Assembly: GCF_006345805.1 (NCBI RefSeq)
Contig: NC_043003.1
Span: 76,012,001 to 76,076,000, forward strand
Length of the DNA: 64,000 nucleotides
Source of the DNA: Octopus sinensis
Lineage: Eukaryota
Direction of reading: 5' to 3'
Both the position numbers and the translations under genes were made by a program. The notes under the pieces are model-generated. The model was not told the origin of the DNA. It saw nothing but the letters and a program-made list of their open reading frames with translations, and made no database searches. This document shows, one piece after another, positions 40,476 through 53,902 of the stretch. How positions within the stretch are numbered: the stretch's first letter is position 1; each line of letters opens with the position of its first letter.

Positions 40476-40675
40476 CACAATTATATATCCGCTATATCGG
40501 AAATCTACAAGGGTTCCATAATACCCGTCTCGGCTATGACCTTGGAGCCCTGTTAACCTGTCACAGCACTATTCGTTTACATAACCTGTGAGCTAAACCC
40601 CCATATTCTATATGTATGTATATATATATATATAGATATATATATATATATACATACATATATATATACATACAG

Positions 40676-40755
<80 letters not shown>

Positions 40756-40786
40756 GATATATATATACATATATATATATACGTAC

Positions 40787-40833
<47 letters not shown>

Positions 40834-41868
40834 ATATATATATATATTTGTGTGTGTATGTATGTATGTATTTATATATACATATATATTTGATAGTTTC
40901 ACAAATCTGATACAGAACGTCACTTTTCCTATCTGATATTAGTGAAAAACTGAGTGACTCTGAACAGACTATACAGAAGAAGGACCAAACATACGAAAAT
41001 GCTTGAATATAATGGTAGTCAATATTTGGCTGCTAGTGTAAAATGAATTATATTTATATTTCGCATGTTAGAGTAATCGTACGGATTTGTTTGGGTTTAC
41101 TTTTCGCTTTGTTACCTAATTGTTTTCGTATGGTTGTACTAGAGGTATAATAGAATATATGCATTAGAAGATAAAGAAAAAACTTTTGCATACGAATCAT
41201 TATTTTCCATCATATTCCTGCTTCGTCCGATTTTTTAAACATACACAATTACACGCACATAGGTACTTTCATGCCACTCAAATTCATATACACAAATATA
41301 TTAGTTTTTGCCTACGTATCTCCCTCAATGAGTAAACATAAGCCGTTTACATGTAAGACGGATAGAATGTTGTTTATCATAACAAAAACAAGGAAGGTTG
41401 CTGCGTTATATTAAGATCGAACAATAAGATGTGGTGGGTGGACGTTGTGTACTCACTAAGAGATAGCTGATGAATGTTAAAATATAATATAGTCGCTAAA
41501 TGTTTACTCTAATCTGAGTGTTGACGAAGGAATATCTGTCATTATAGAAGATGGTTTTACTAAGTTCGTTGTAGTATTTCGGCAAATAATTACTCATTAA
41601 GTGGAATTTAGCGCAATAGATCACATCATTTACCTGGCGATTACCTTCACGTTTTTATTTACCGCCTAATCATTATATGCATTATTTGAATTCTAATTCA
41701 TATTATCGGGAATTGTTTTAGTGTTATCATATCTAAGGCAACTTACGAAGATCTTATTTGCAGAATAACTCATTTTGAGTTGCTCCATTTGCAGGGTAGC
41801 ATAATGCTGAGAGTCAATTATTAATTGTCTTAAAACTGGCGACATGGTTATGATAACGATTCATAAAT

Positions 41869-43042
41869 TAATCAGCCGTCGGCCGGATAGAAGTCAGGTG
41901 GTAGTAGCCAATGGGGCCACCTCCATTAACACACAAATAGTGAGCGGTGTTCCGCAGGGCACTGTTCTGGGACCACTACTGTTCATAATGGCCCTCTCAG
42001 ACATGCCCTCAGCCACGCAGAGAGCCACGATCACAAGTTATGCAGATGATACAAAAGTTTCACAGGCAATACAGAACCCTGAGGACACTAAACACCTGCA
42101 ATGTGAGCTGGACGAAATATACAAGTGGGCTGAAAAGAATAGCATGCAGTTCAATGCTGGAAAGTTTCAAGCTTTATACTATCAGCATGCAAAACTGAAT
42201 GCAATACCCAATGAATACACTGGACCCGGAGGGATTGCAATCCCAGGGGCACAATCAGTGCGTGACCTGGGTATTCACATGAGTGATGACGCGACCTTTC
42301 ATGTACATGTTGCTAAACTGACACTGAAATGTAGACGGCTGGCTGGATGGATTCTTAGAACCTTTAGAACAAGAGAACAAGAAACCATGATGGTCCTCTG
42401 GAAGACACTTGTCCTAAGCCACTTTGACTATTGCTCTCAGCTATGGTCACCATCCAGTGTCAAGTTGATCACAGAACTTGAGGCGACCCAACGAAGCTAC
42501 ACAAAGAAGATAGCCTCTATGCAGAATGTAAGCTACTGGGAAAGACTCAAGAGATTAAAATTATATTCCCTGGAGCGTAGGCGGGAAAGATATGCCATAA
42601 TATACATCTGGAAGATCCTGGAGGGAAGTGTCCTGAACTTTGGCATCGAGAGTTACGCAAATGCCAGAACTGGGCGCCACTGCGTGGTGCCTAGGACTCC
42701 AAACCTGCCATCAAGATGTAGGACAATATTCTGTGATAGCCTGGGCTTCCGAGGCCCACAGCTCTTCAATATCCTCCCGAAGAACCTGAGAGACCTGCAT
42801 GGGGTGGATACAGATGTCTTTAAAATGAAGCTGGATCTCTTCCTGTCAGGTGTCCCAGATGAACCAACTTCACGGCAGGAGGGGCAGATGAGGGCAGCTG
42901 CATCGAACTCTCTCATGCACCAAATAGCAGTTGCTAGAAAGCCTCCATGAAGTGAAACCAAGTAGCAACACCAAATGGCGGTGCCCCAGCATGGCCACAG
43001 CTCATAAGCTGAAACTAGAATCAATCAATCAATCAATCAATC
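41869..43042 (+). mobile_element. Young 5'-truncated CR1-like LINE with intact RT C-terminal frame and (TCAA)n tail
   Basis: ORF 41844..42950: SGVPQGTVLGPLLF, SYADDTK, RDLGI, DYCSQLWSP, YWERLKRLKLYSLERRRER and GPQLFNILP. Tail tcaatcaatc at 43019-43042. Confidence 0.95.
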
Positions 43043-43169
43043 ATACATCCCTCCCCTTGTGTGCACGGTATATTTGTTGAAAGGATTTGTACTCATACAG
43101 AGATTCATCAATATTTTTGATTTTTCCCTGAATGAGAATTTTTCGTTTTTATTTGTATATAATGCAGTC

Positions 43170-44400
43170 CAGACTCTAGTTAGCTGTATCATAAAAATTT
43201 CTACTGGTACAATTTGGTCCTAATTGGTATTTATCATTGCAGTTTACATCTCCTTGATTGGTATTTAAATGCATATGTTCGTTTGGCCGATGAGGTCAGT
43301 TATTAAACCTTTGCCGTATTTTGTTATTGCTTATGCGATGAATAAGCTGCTCTAAATTAGTAGAGTTGGCATAGGATACCTTCACGATATGCCTATTAAA
43401 AATTGCATGATACCGATTAGATTTAGAAAAACATTAATCCAAAGCAGAACACATTTTCCAGCGGTCTTGGTTGAAATATGAGAACCGAAAATCGGTTTGA
43501 ACTAGAGGACATCAAGATTCCTATATCTGTTGTTAGGTTTATTATTGTACAGGATTGGATGAGGCTGTTAGATTATCATGTCACGTGTGTATATGAGTTT
43601 GCACTGGTAGTTCATTCATATGACCAATTCTTCCCGACCTGAATTCTCTCTCCGTGACGTTGTGGTTGTGTACAATGTGTATAACAACTGGAGGAATTAA
43701 TAGTGTTGCGTATGCTTGCTTCTTGTATATATTGAATGTCTTCACGGTACCCAGCCCTAGCTAGAGCAGCATTATAATAAGTTGCATGTGATGTTAAAAT
43801 TTTATTAATAGCGGATTATCTAGAAATTCTTGTAGAAATGTTCCTAACTAATTCCCGTATAATCGACATTAGATGGTTGGATACTACTTTGATGTACATA
43901 ATATGATCATTTGGCTTATGAAATAGATCAAATAATCCAGTCTCAAGACAAAAAATAGAGTTAAGAACATTCATTGTACCTTAATCTTTACCCATAGTAA
44001 TGTCTAATCCTAAATTTTAAAAAAGTGTAAGGACATTTTTCTTATGCCTTTTTAACTGTACTGTGCTACTTCTGTCCAGAAAAAGAGGCGTCATCCCTAT
44101 ATAGACCCCCTGCTACTTCCGGAAAGGAGGGCTGGATTAATGAAAGGATATAAATTCTGACTAGGTCGGTTACCTGCGCATAATCGTATGATCCCACTGC
44201 TATATCAAATGCTTTCTCCCTATCTAATCTATTCCATAATCTACCATCAAAATCAAAATCGCGCGGCATGTATAATATCTACTCCGCTTCAGGACAAATC
44301 GGAAGTTTTGATGCTATAAGTCAGGGCTTGATTAAGAACGGTCGAGTTAATAGTGGCGTCTGGACCGATGTGTTACTTCAAATGGAAAATACTTTGAAGT
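43170..44400 (-). mobile_element. Neptune-like PLE, RT through start of GIY-YIG, decayed
   Basis: FDIAVGSYDYAQVTDLVRIYIL..GLYRDDA (RT), YIKVVSNHLMS-IIRELVRNISTRIS, ALARAGY and FNRHIVKVSYANSTNLEQLI. Confidence 0.85.
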
Positions 44401-45533
44401 CGGTTAATGTGTAATCATGCAAAACTCAGTGAATAAAATATTATTGCAAAATCCTTATTGTTTTGGGCACCCCCTAATATATGCATTTAAACATGTATAC
44501 AGAGGAAGGGAGAGAGAGAGAAGGAGAGAAAGTGTGAGTGACTAATTTCGCTTAAGATATCATTTCTTTTTAAAAATGCTACAATTTTCTCTCCCGTGCA
44601 TTTCGCACGGCTATCATTTTAAGTATACAATTCTGGGGTTAAGGCAAGAAAATTCCATAATTTGATATTTTAAATTTTGTTCTAAGTAAAGGACTGTATA
44701 CTTTATTTTTAAGTATTTTATGAATGTGATATTAGTGTTTGTGACCAATACTTATTTTCTAACAATTTTATAAATTTTGTAAATGTACAGTTTATAAATT
44801 TTTAAAATGTACATCAAACTTCAGAATTTGTCTTGGTACATTTATTCTAAATAGCAGATCTGACCCAGCAGACTCATACTTTGATTAACTAACAGTTATT
44901 ATAAAATAATAATTTCTTAGTGGAAGAATTACATGTTATCATAGGGGATTCTAACTGGAACCTGATTCCTTTAATTTTTCGGTGCTTACACAATGTCTTT
45001 TTAAATTTATGTATTAGAAATTTTAGCGTTACGTATTTTAAAAAAAGATATATTTTAATTTATATTCGTCAGTTTTTTAGAGTAGCTCTCTTACATGAAT
45101 AGGAATTTATAGGGTTTCGTTTTAGTTGGAGTTTGGTGGGAGTGTTTTGCCATATTTTAATGTATCCAATATTTCAAAACACTTTCGGACGGATTTTCTT
45201 TATTTCACACTTTCTAACTCAAACTTTTTAATTCACACATTTTTACTGCATTTTACGTCATGCTATAATCCACATTTTAAACACTTATAATCCGCATTTT
45301 TCTATAAAATATTTTTGAAAAACTATCGTGCATAAATCGGACTGTTTTTCCCCGGATGTTAATCGGGAACATTAAGATAAAGAAGTTGAAGTACGAACTC
45401 TTCTTTCCTAACTTTTGCATATTTCAAGTGTTTCAAAATGTGGTGGGATGCTAAAACATTGAAGATATATTGCGCAACATTCTTCGAACAGCAAAATTTT
45501 CGCTTGCACTTGGCAAGCAACAAATGTATGTCT

Positions 45534-45927
45534 AAGTCGGCGAGCTGGCAGAATCGTTAGCACGCCGGGCGAAATGCGTAGCCGTATTTCGTCTGCCGTT
45601 ACGTTCTGAGTTCAAATTCCCCCGAGGTCGACTTTGCCTTTCATCCTTTCGGGCTCGATAAATTAAGTACCAGTTACGCACTGGGGTCGATATAATCGAC
45701 TTAATCCGCTTGTTTGTCCCCTCTGTGTGTAGCCCCTTGTCGGCAGTAAAGAAATAGGTATTTCGTCTGTCTTTATGTTCTGAATTCAAATTCTACCGAG
45801 GTTGACATTGCCTTTCAGACTATCATGGCCGATAAATTAATTAAGTACCAGTTGCGTACTGGGGTCAATGTGACCGACTGGCCCCCTTCCCAACATTTCG
45901 GGCCTTGCGTCTGGAGTAGAAAAGAAT
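45534..45927 (+). mobile_element. Dimeric SINE family B flanked by a perfect 12-bp TSD
   Basis: A full unit (about 45539-45756) is directly followed by an A-box-less unit with a different 3' end. aaatgtatgtct occurs at 45522-45533 and 45928-45939. Confidence 0.88.
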
Positions 45928-45999
45928 AAATGTATGTCTCTTACTTATATTTGCTTCGTCGAAAACTAACATTTCTTTCAAGAGCTATTATTTTTAAGA

Positions 46000-47160
46000 G
46001 AACTAAAAATAGATACCAAAGAAGCGATTTTACATCGTGTTTTGAGAGAGAATAGATGAGACATAGCGTGTTTATAGCGTAGTCTAAACTTCACAAGCAA
46101 CATTTGGTTGAAAATAACCTAAATGGTAGAGTTGAATCGTTGAGAGCTGCAATTAGTAATGATGATGCCTAGCTATTAGCAATTGGAATCAACAACAGTG
46201 AAGGAAGCACTGGTCTCACTTTTATAATGACATTTAGCTGAAGCCAAAGTTAAAAAAAACATCCTGTCAGGATTTTTTATTGCAAAGTGACATTTCTGAA
46301 TACAACCCTTACTGTGAAACACAGAGATATACTCTTCTGACTTCCTCGACATCATATTTTATAGAGTGAAACTTCAGTGCAGCATCCAGATTGTTTCCAA
46401 GGAAAGAAACAAACTGAAAATTGTTGAACGCAAGGATCTTAGACTACTTCTTAGTACCTTTGGGTAGTTTTTAGGTGACTTTCCTACATCTAATCGCTGT
46501 CCTGTTCTCCTGATGTTGTCAAAGAGTATCCATTTCCCATCACAAGTAATGATTTGATACAAAAATGGCCTTTCTCCAGTCGAGAAAGCAATAAGGAGCA
46601 AACTTCGATGCGTTTGTTATGTTGAATCTTGTTCAGTGAATGTGGAATAAACCTATCCGTTTTCTTCACTTTTTCAATTTTTTACAGGTGCCCAAAACAG
46701 ATGTGGGAGATGTTTGAGGTTCTGATGAAAGTTTTCGACCCTTTGTTCTCGGATTTTGTTCAACCCAGTCATTTAATACATCATACCGAATAACTGATTT
46801 TAGCCTACTCCGTGGTTTATTTTCAAGGCTATCATCTCCTGAACGAGAGCCTAGGAATCATCTCTTTCATCACCCTTTTAAAGTTTGCCGCAGCATTAAA
46901 AACGGTAATTTCACACATTGGTTGAGATGAACAAACTCTACAACTCTGGTGTCAGTAAGACTGGCTGAGGATGAACTAAGGGTATTTCTCAAAGTTCGAA
47001 ACCACAGTCATAAGGGTATGTCTGACCTTTTCAATTTTCGATTATTTTCGTTATTGGTACATGATCTGATGGTTTTCGTTACTTTGCCCGCTATTAACTT
47101 TGTGTTGAAGTGAAGACTTGTGGTTTGGTCATTTTGACTACTATGTTACCATGCCGGTGA
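46000..47160 (-). mobile_element. mariner transposase relic
   Basis: GDDSLENKPRSRLKSVI, WVEQNP and RPFLYQIITCDGKWILFDN (first catalytic D) ..SPKNYPK. Confidence 0.75.
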
Positions 47161-47949
47161 TAATTTGAATGTGTGTGTGTTTATATATTAGTACATATTA
47201 GTATTCATAACCTATTAAATCACACATTTACAGAGATATAGAGATTGAAATAGTCCCTTTTCGTCGTTTATCACAAGGTGTACGATAACACGAATAAGGA
47301 TTTCAGTAAAGAAATATATACCAGGAGTATATAGCAGATTTCATGTTTTACTCTTTTTCACGTAATGCAACGGTCTCCTATAATCGTTATTTTTTTAAAA
47401 CATTGTGCACAGCAGTGAAATTCTGTAGTTAGAAGAAAATGTGAGTATATTTGGTACAATTGACATAGGTAAAAATTTAAAGCATTTTACTTTTTCAAGA
47501 GCATATGGAAACATATTTAATAGAAAAAATGCAATTAACATTACTCTGGATTAAACGCTGGATTAAATTTATAATTTGCAGGAAGATTTTCACTGTGATG
47601 TCTGTTGCTGCAACAACAACAACAACAACAACAACATCAGAACAGCAGTAGCTGTGACGAGCACGTTATATTTAAAAATGACGATATCCACCACCGTCTG
47701 CAACACCAACACCACCAACAACACAAATATTAATAAAACGACAACAGCGTCCGTTCTAATTTCTAAGCAGAATATGAACGGTTTTGTATTCGCCTATCGA
47801 ATAACAGAAAATGTTCAGTTGAAAGAAAAAAATATTAAATGACGTCAAACCGCATTTGCGAAAAAAACGGCAGAACAATCTTTCTTAATACACTGGAGGA
47901 AATGCAGATGACACGAAGTAAAAACAAACACTACATATTAATGTCTTTC

Positions 47950-50200
47950 GATAGAGACGGAGAGACTGGAGCGAGCGATGTAGGCCTAGATTGAAAAATA
48001 CCTGAGACCGGTCTAGGGTTTCAAATGTTTTGTCACCTTTTGTGGAAAACGCTGCGACACAGCTGAGGTAAGATTCTCAACTGAAGAATTTTCCAATTTG
48101 CGACATACAGGAGAGAAACCTGCACCACAGCAACCGGAAGAAGTTTTACCTACACCGGTCGATCAGATAAACCAGCTTAGAATCCGTGATTAAGCACACA
48201 TACCTCCCCATCTTGCTAGACTTCTCGGACAATGAAACCAGTTTAGCGAGGAACGAAGTCTTGAAAACCCACCAGAATGGATCTTGGTGAAAGGAAAGAG
48301 AAAACAAAAGATGCAAAATGAAAGGTGCGGTACAAGACTAACAACAGAGATAAGAGGAGACAGAGAAACCAACCATCACACATCCGCTCGCCCTACACAA
48401 ACGCAATTACAAACATCGCCAACACTACAAATACCACCAACATTCCAAACACCTCAACAAACGAAAACACAACAGTCCAAACCAATATGAACAGCTTCAC
48501 TAAGGCATTATGGTCATAGATACAAACAACAAAAGTACATAGACATTACTCTAAACGAATAAATCACACCCATGCGTAACACCCCCATTCACATAAATAT
48601 TACATAAACAACATGCAACTGAAAGCACAATATCTGAAACGATTGAAAGATTTCGTTGAACCATAAATAAAAGGTTCTATAAAGAAATTGTTGAGAAGAC
48701 ACCTACAAATTGCCGGAAGAGCAGAACACTTGTCTCTCTACAGAAATAGGGTAAAGGATTCTCCTCATCCTCCTTGTTTGACAAACATTGTCTAGTTCAG
48801 AATAAGTAGTATAAATGCATGTGGCCTGGAGTTGCCTTGGTAACAAGGCTACCCACTCAATGACCTTAGTTCACTACGTTTAGATGTAGTGGTTGTCAAT
48901 GAGACCAGACTCTGCAACTGACGAACACTCATACTCATATCAGATATAAACGTTATTTACTTAACACCATGTCAACCGGGAATTTTGCCATCCTGGACAC
49001 ATGTTTAGCTTATGTGGCGTTAAATATTAGAAGTGTGGAGTGTTAAACTCACCTAAACCATGCCAGACCTTTGCAACTGTCTGGCAGGTGTTGACTGGAT
49101 TTCCCGAAAATGTGAATGTGGATATGGACGAACTGTATCGGGTCATCCAGGTAGTATCTAGATAGAGTATTCCGAAAGCTAGTAAGTTAGGAAAGTACAA
49201 GTACGCTAGTTATTAAAATCCTCGTCTACAAATACCGCGAATGTTTTATCTGCAAGCTCAGCATAGAATTTGTAGGTAAGGGCCCGGCAACTGGAAGCTG
49301 AATGCGTCACCCTTACAGAAACCGGATTAGCCAATTAATTAAACGGGCTTTGACGGGACAATCTTTAACAAAAATGTTTTTTCCTGGAAAGGAAAATAGG
49401 CTTAGTGAGGTATTAGCGATAGAAAGGAATGGAATGCACAGATATTTCGAAACTTAGAAGTGCTTTGAAAGGCATCACAACCGACGTGCTGGCAGCGATA
49501 TTGACCCAGGACCAATTGCTCCACGCTATGCACGAAGGATGCATTGTCAGAGCTAAGACGTATGTGCTGTGAAACGAGAGAGGGAATGTGCTCCACGGGC
49601 CCGTGTGGCATGGCTGTGCTTCCTGGGGTCATTGCCCGTTCGGAATAAATTCTACATGCATGTAAGTGCTATCAGCCGGGCTTCACCGAAAAACCGAAAA
49701 GTGCACACAGTGACGTTATGCTTGCCCTCATCCAATGCCTGAGCATTTCAGACTCGTGAGTTTATGTCGACCACACGCTGTCGTATATAGTACGAATCCG
49801 GCTATCAACTGGCTCTATTCTGAAAATTGTCCCGCTGCCTTTCTTTAGCCGAGTAGGGCAGCAGTGGTTCTTTGTCTGTTAGACTTGGCGAAATGGGTTG
49901 TGCAGATTGAAAGGGAGGAAAACAGATTCTTTCTTTTTTGGCCAAAACCTCATCAACATCCTCTACTTTCAATTGGAAAAGAAAGTTAGGATAGAGAGGA
50001 GAGTGATAGCTCCCAGAAATTTTGTTGAAAGGTGAGTGAATATTGCATGAATGGTTCAAATAAACAGGCCTACGCTAAGCATGCGCCTGTAGGCTGAAGG
50101 AGGACAATAAGATGTCACTGGCCCTATTACTCGAGGTAAGCGTATTTTTGTGGGGTCTCCACGAGCATCGTATGAAATCTCCCTATCTTTTTATAACCAC
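47950..50200 (+). mobile_element. Internally deleted Tx1/L1-clade LINE (ORF1-like region, endonuclease, ORF2 C-terminus, 3' UTR)
   Basis: Nearly open frame 48016-48490 with PPEWILVKGKRKQK. Endonuclease motifs LDVVVVNETRL and GPGNWKLNAS, then EGCIVRAK. The C-terminus SILKIVPLPFF..GQNLINILYFQLEKKVRIERRVIAPRNFVER*VNIA aligns with the 6709 ORF. Confidence 0.75.
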
Positions 50201-51018
50201 TGTTACTTTATTTAGTCACAGTGTTTCTCTGTGTGTTTATTTGTTTGTTTGTGTGTGTGTGTGTGTGTGTGTTTGTGTGTATGTGTGCGTATTTACTTCT
50301 TGATTCCTGTCTGTCATGAATGATATTTTGTTTTAATATTGTGACTTATGATGATAAACTGTTTGCCAATGCAGGCAGATAGGTAGTTGCAATGACTGAA
50401 TATGTGTGAAAATATGAATATAAATATATATATAAACATACTCAAACACACACGTACACACATACGCATATATATATACATCTGTATATATATGTATATA
50501 TAATTGGGTGGGTGTGTCTGTATACATATAAACATATGCATATATATGTATTTATCTTTGAGTATGTATCTGTGTACGTCATTCTGTCTCAATATCTATG
50601 TGTGTGATTCTGTGCCTTGGCATACGTCTTCGCATGTCTGTAGATGTATATTAGCTTTTCCATGTCCTGTACTCCTCCCCTAAACATCATTTAAATATCG
50701 TCATTTTCAATATTCTCTCCCTTAACCAATACATATTTATCCTATGTTGACAACACCTTCATTATTTATTAACCATTAAAGGTAAACATGTCAACTCTTT
50801 CCACGGGCAATATCAGCTTGAACGCTTAGACTTCTCTACTCCCACATAACATAACATCTAAAGACATGCACATACACATAGGTATATATATATGTATATA
50901 TGTATATATGTGTGTTTATATATATATATATGTATGTATGTGTGTGTATACACACACATATTTATATATACATTTATATATCTATACGTATATATGTAAG
51001 TATATGTATGTGTATAAG

Positions 51019-51053
<35 letters not shown>

Positions 51054-51469
51054 CTTACATGTGTATATTTATATTTACATTTATATATGAGTGTGTATGT
51101 GTATGTGTTTGTACATGAATATATGCATAGTGCATATACGTATATAATATATACATATACATGCATAAATAAATGTAAATGTATATGTGTGTATATATAG
51201 TTGAAATTTATAGAAAGACATAAGACGAAGACATGTGTACGAACAGCATGCAAATGTATTGGTTTGACGCTTGAAAAAATAAAGAAGTATTTTATGTTTC
51301 GGGCCTATACTCTTCAACAGAAGAGAATATGTGAAAATAAACACAGAGAATGAAAAAAAAACCTGTAGATTCAGCGGTCTAGCATGCGGCTAAATTTGAC
51401 GATTTTTGTTATGTTTGTTTTTCTTAGGAACAGTTTGAGTTATTGAACAGTAAACAGCGTTTGAAAGCA

Positions 51470-51835
51470 TAAAGATTTGAATTGTAGTTGCGAAAACATT
51501 AGCTGAGTGGAAGAAAGTAAGCCATCTGAATATTGGAAAAGGATGCCACCATTATGACTGCTGCTAGATGCTCTGTGAACGCTGTAATGGCTGCAGGGCG
51601 TGAAACAATCACATGAAACAGAATCTACAAAACTGTGGCCAGGAGGTTATGACGCAGCATTCATTCTGCTTGCAACTGCACGCTGGAATTCATCCCCACA
51701 TTTTTCAAAAGAGCCTCAAGCCCATTTCAGATCTCTACGAGAATCTCCTGGTCAATGTGATCGATCCTACTATTTCACGAACGACAATTTCTGGCCACCT
51801 AATTCTCCCGATTGTAATCCCATAGGTCACTAGGT
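51470..51835 (+). mobile_element. Internally deleted maT-like fragment
   Basis: A 5' SEYWKR motif and a 3' NFWPPNSPDCNPIGH motif lie only about 300 bp apart. Confidence 0.6.
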
Positions 51836-51849
51836 GTATGTATATATAT

Positions 51850-51937
<88 letters not shown>
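51850..51937 (+). repeat. Perfect (AGAT)n tetranucleotide array
   Basis: Uninterrupted agat units directly visible. Confidence 0.95.
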
Positions 51938-52584
51938 GGATAAGATCATTATTCAAAATACAGATCATATCAAGTGACCAGCATAGGAATAGAATCCCTA
52001 CAGGTATTAATTATTATTAAAATTATAGTTAACGTTATGTAAGAGATACCACCATGTTAGCGAAAGCAGTCAAACCTTGACTGTAAAACCACTTTATATA
52101 TTCATACAGCAAAAGGCAAAATGACAAATAGACAAATGATCCAGCAAAATAAATTTGGATAATCTCAGATAAGAAAGCAACAAATCTATACGAAAACAAG
52201 GACGAAAAAAACGGAGAATGTTACACAAATACATATAACTGGAGTAATCTCGAGTATAACCAGCCGAAATTGCAAAGACAATCTGGAATTTGACTGAGGA
52301 AAGAAAATCCGAATGTCCCGTCCTTGTTTTCTTTGTATCGTTTATCTGGATTGTTTGCACTCTTGTCCCACTTTGTATTTTTTATATAATACATATATCT
52401 CCTCATTTTCTTCTACGTTTCAATATATTGTCGAACAAACAACACTTGTTTGTACCTTAGTAGAAAATGACCGATAAGAATGTATAGTGATTTCTAAAAT
52501 TCTATGTATTCAGCGTATATCTTTCTATTAACTTTTATCTTTTATTTCAGTCAGACTCTGGTTATACAAAAAATTATTAAGCCA

Positions 52585-52731
52585 AATGAATCGACTCCAG
52601 TATATAATTTTAACGCCTGGTATCTATTCTCTCTCATTCTTTAGTGTCAAAATCCTAAGTTACGGAGACATAAACACACCAACGCCAGTTGTCAAGCGTC
52701 AGTTGGGGACAAACAGTTTCAAAGTCACACA

Positions 52732-52777
<46 letters not shown>

Positions 52778-52935
52778 AACGACAAGCTTCTTTCAGTGTC
52801 CGTATTTCAAATTCACTTACATGGCTTTGGTCGGTCTGACGCTTTAGTAGAATAGACTGGCCGAAGGTGTCACGTAGTGGCACTGAACCTGGAATCATGT
52901 GGTTGGGAAGCAAGCGTCTTACCACACAGCCACGT
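52585..52935 (-). mobile_element. SINE family A retaining its tRNA-like head
   Basis: The end reads ggcactgaacctggaatcatgtggttgggaagcaagcgtcttaccacacagccac; its reverse complement gives GTGGCTGTGTGG (A box) and GGTTCAGTGCC (B box). Confidence 0.82.
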
Positions 52936-53566
52936 CTGCGGCAATTTTTTTTTGTTTTTATTATGCGTCGCATGTATACTTATAATTGTCATAATCTCAT
53001 TCATTTCAGTTGAGGAAGAAGCTGATTATGATATACCCTATATTGCAGAATTTAACAACACCGGGATATATTTGCATCTAGATATCTAAAACGAAGCAAT
53101 CCCAGTAGGTTTACACTTTCAGTGTAAACGTGTAAACCTCACCGAAGTTGACAAATCATATAATTGTTTATGTACATGAACGTATATTGTTATATAACTA
53201 GTTGGTCAAACTCATGTATAAGGATCAATGTATTTATTGCTTTGTGGCTCTTGCAAAGCTTTATTATTGTTTACTGCATTTGAATGTTCGATGTTTGCTC
53301 TGTTCCCTTTTCTCATTTACCATACATGTAATGTTTCACAATATAAATCTTATAGTTATTTCCCCATTTGTATCTCTCTCTCTGTGTCTCGTCCTCACTC
53401 GCTCCTTCACTCTTTCTCTCTCTCTCTCCCTCGTTCTCTCTTTCTCTCTTTCTCTTCTCTCTCTCTCTCTCTCTCTCTCACACTTTCTGATCCTCTCATT
53501 AATTCTAACTCCTATCCTATTATTTTTATTTCATCATCTACTATTTCGCTTCGATATGTCAACATG

Positions 53567-53582
53567 ACTACTACTACTACTA

Positions 53583-53625
<43 letters not shown>

Positions 53626-53725
53626 GCTGCTGCTGCGACTGCTGCCTCTGCTGCTGCTGCTGCTATAATGACGACGACGGCTACGACTACCACTGCTACT
53701 GCTGCCACTCCGGCTGTTGCTCCTT

Positions 53726-53766
<41 letters not shown>

Positions 53767-53902
53767 GCTACTGCTACTACTACTACTACTACTACTACTC
53801 GTTCAAATACTCCTACTACTGCTACTACTACTAATACTACTAATAATTATTATAATGATGATGATGATGATCATAATGAAGATGACGACGACGACGATGA
53901 TG
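53567..53902 (+). repeat. Compound trinucleotide tract (ACT/GCT/ACG/ATG)
   Basis: Directly visible; source of the poly-T, poly-L and poly-D ORFs. Confidence 0.9.

Noticed and set aside
48016-48125. C..C-GKR...HTGEKP resembling a C2H2 zinc finger, overlapping a CTGAAGA...GAAA hammerhead-like string
   Set aside because: The Cys-His spacing is wrong (20 rather than 16 residues, first His missing), there is no palindromic stem III or stem I, and it lies inside the ORF1-like region of a Tx1 LINE.
50093-50140. Apparent splice donors GTGAGT and GTAAGC near 50.0-50.1 kb
   Set aside because: They fall within the ORF2 C-terminus and 3' UTR of the Tx1-like LINE.
52190-52335. 13-bp inverted repeat around CTGAGGA, considered as a type II hammerhead
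   Set aside because: The core is not directly followed by the stem II strand and no stem III is evident.
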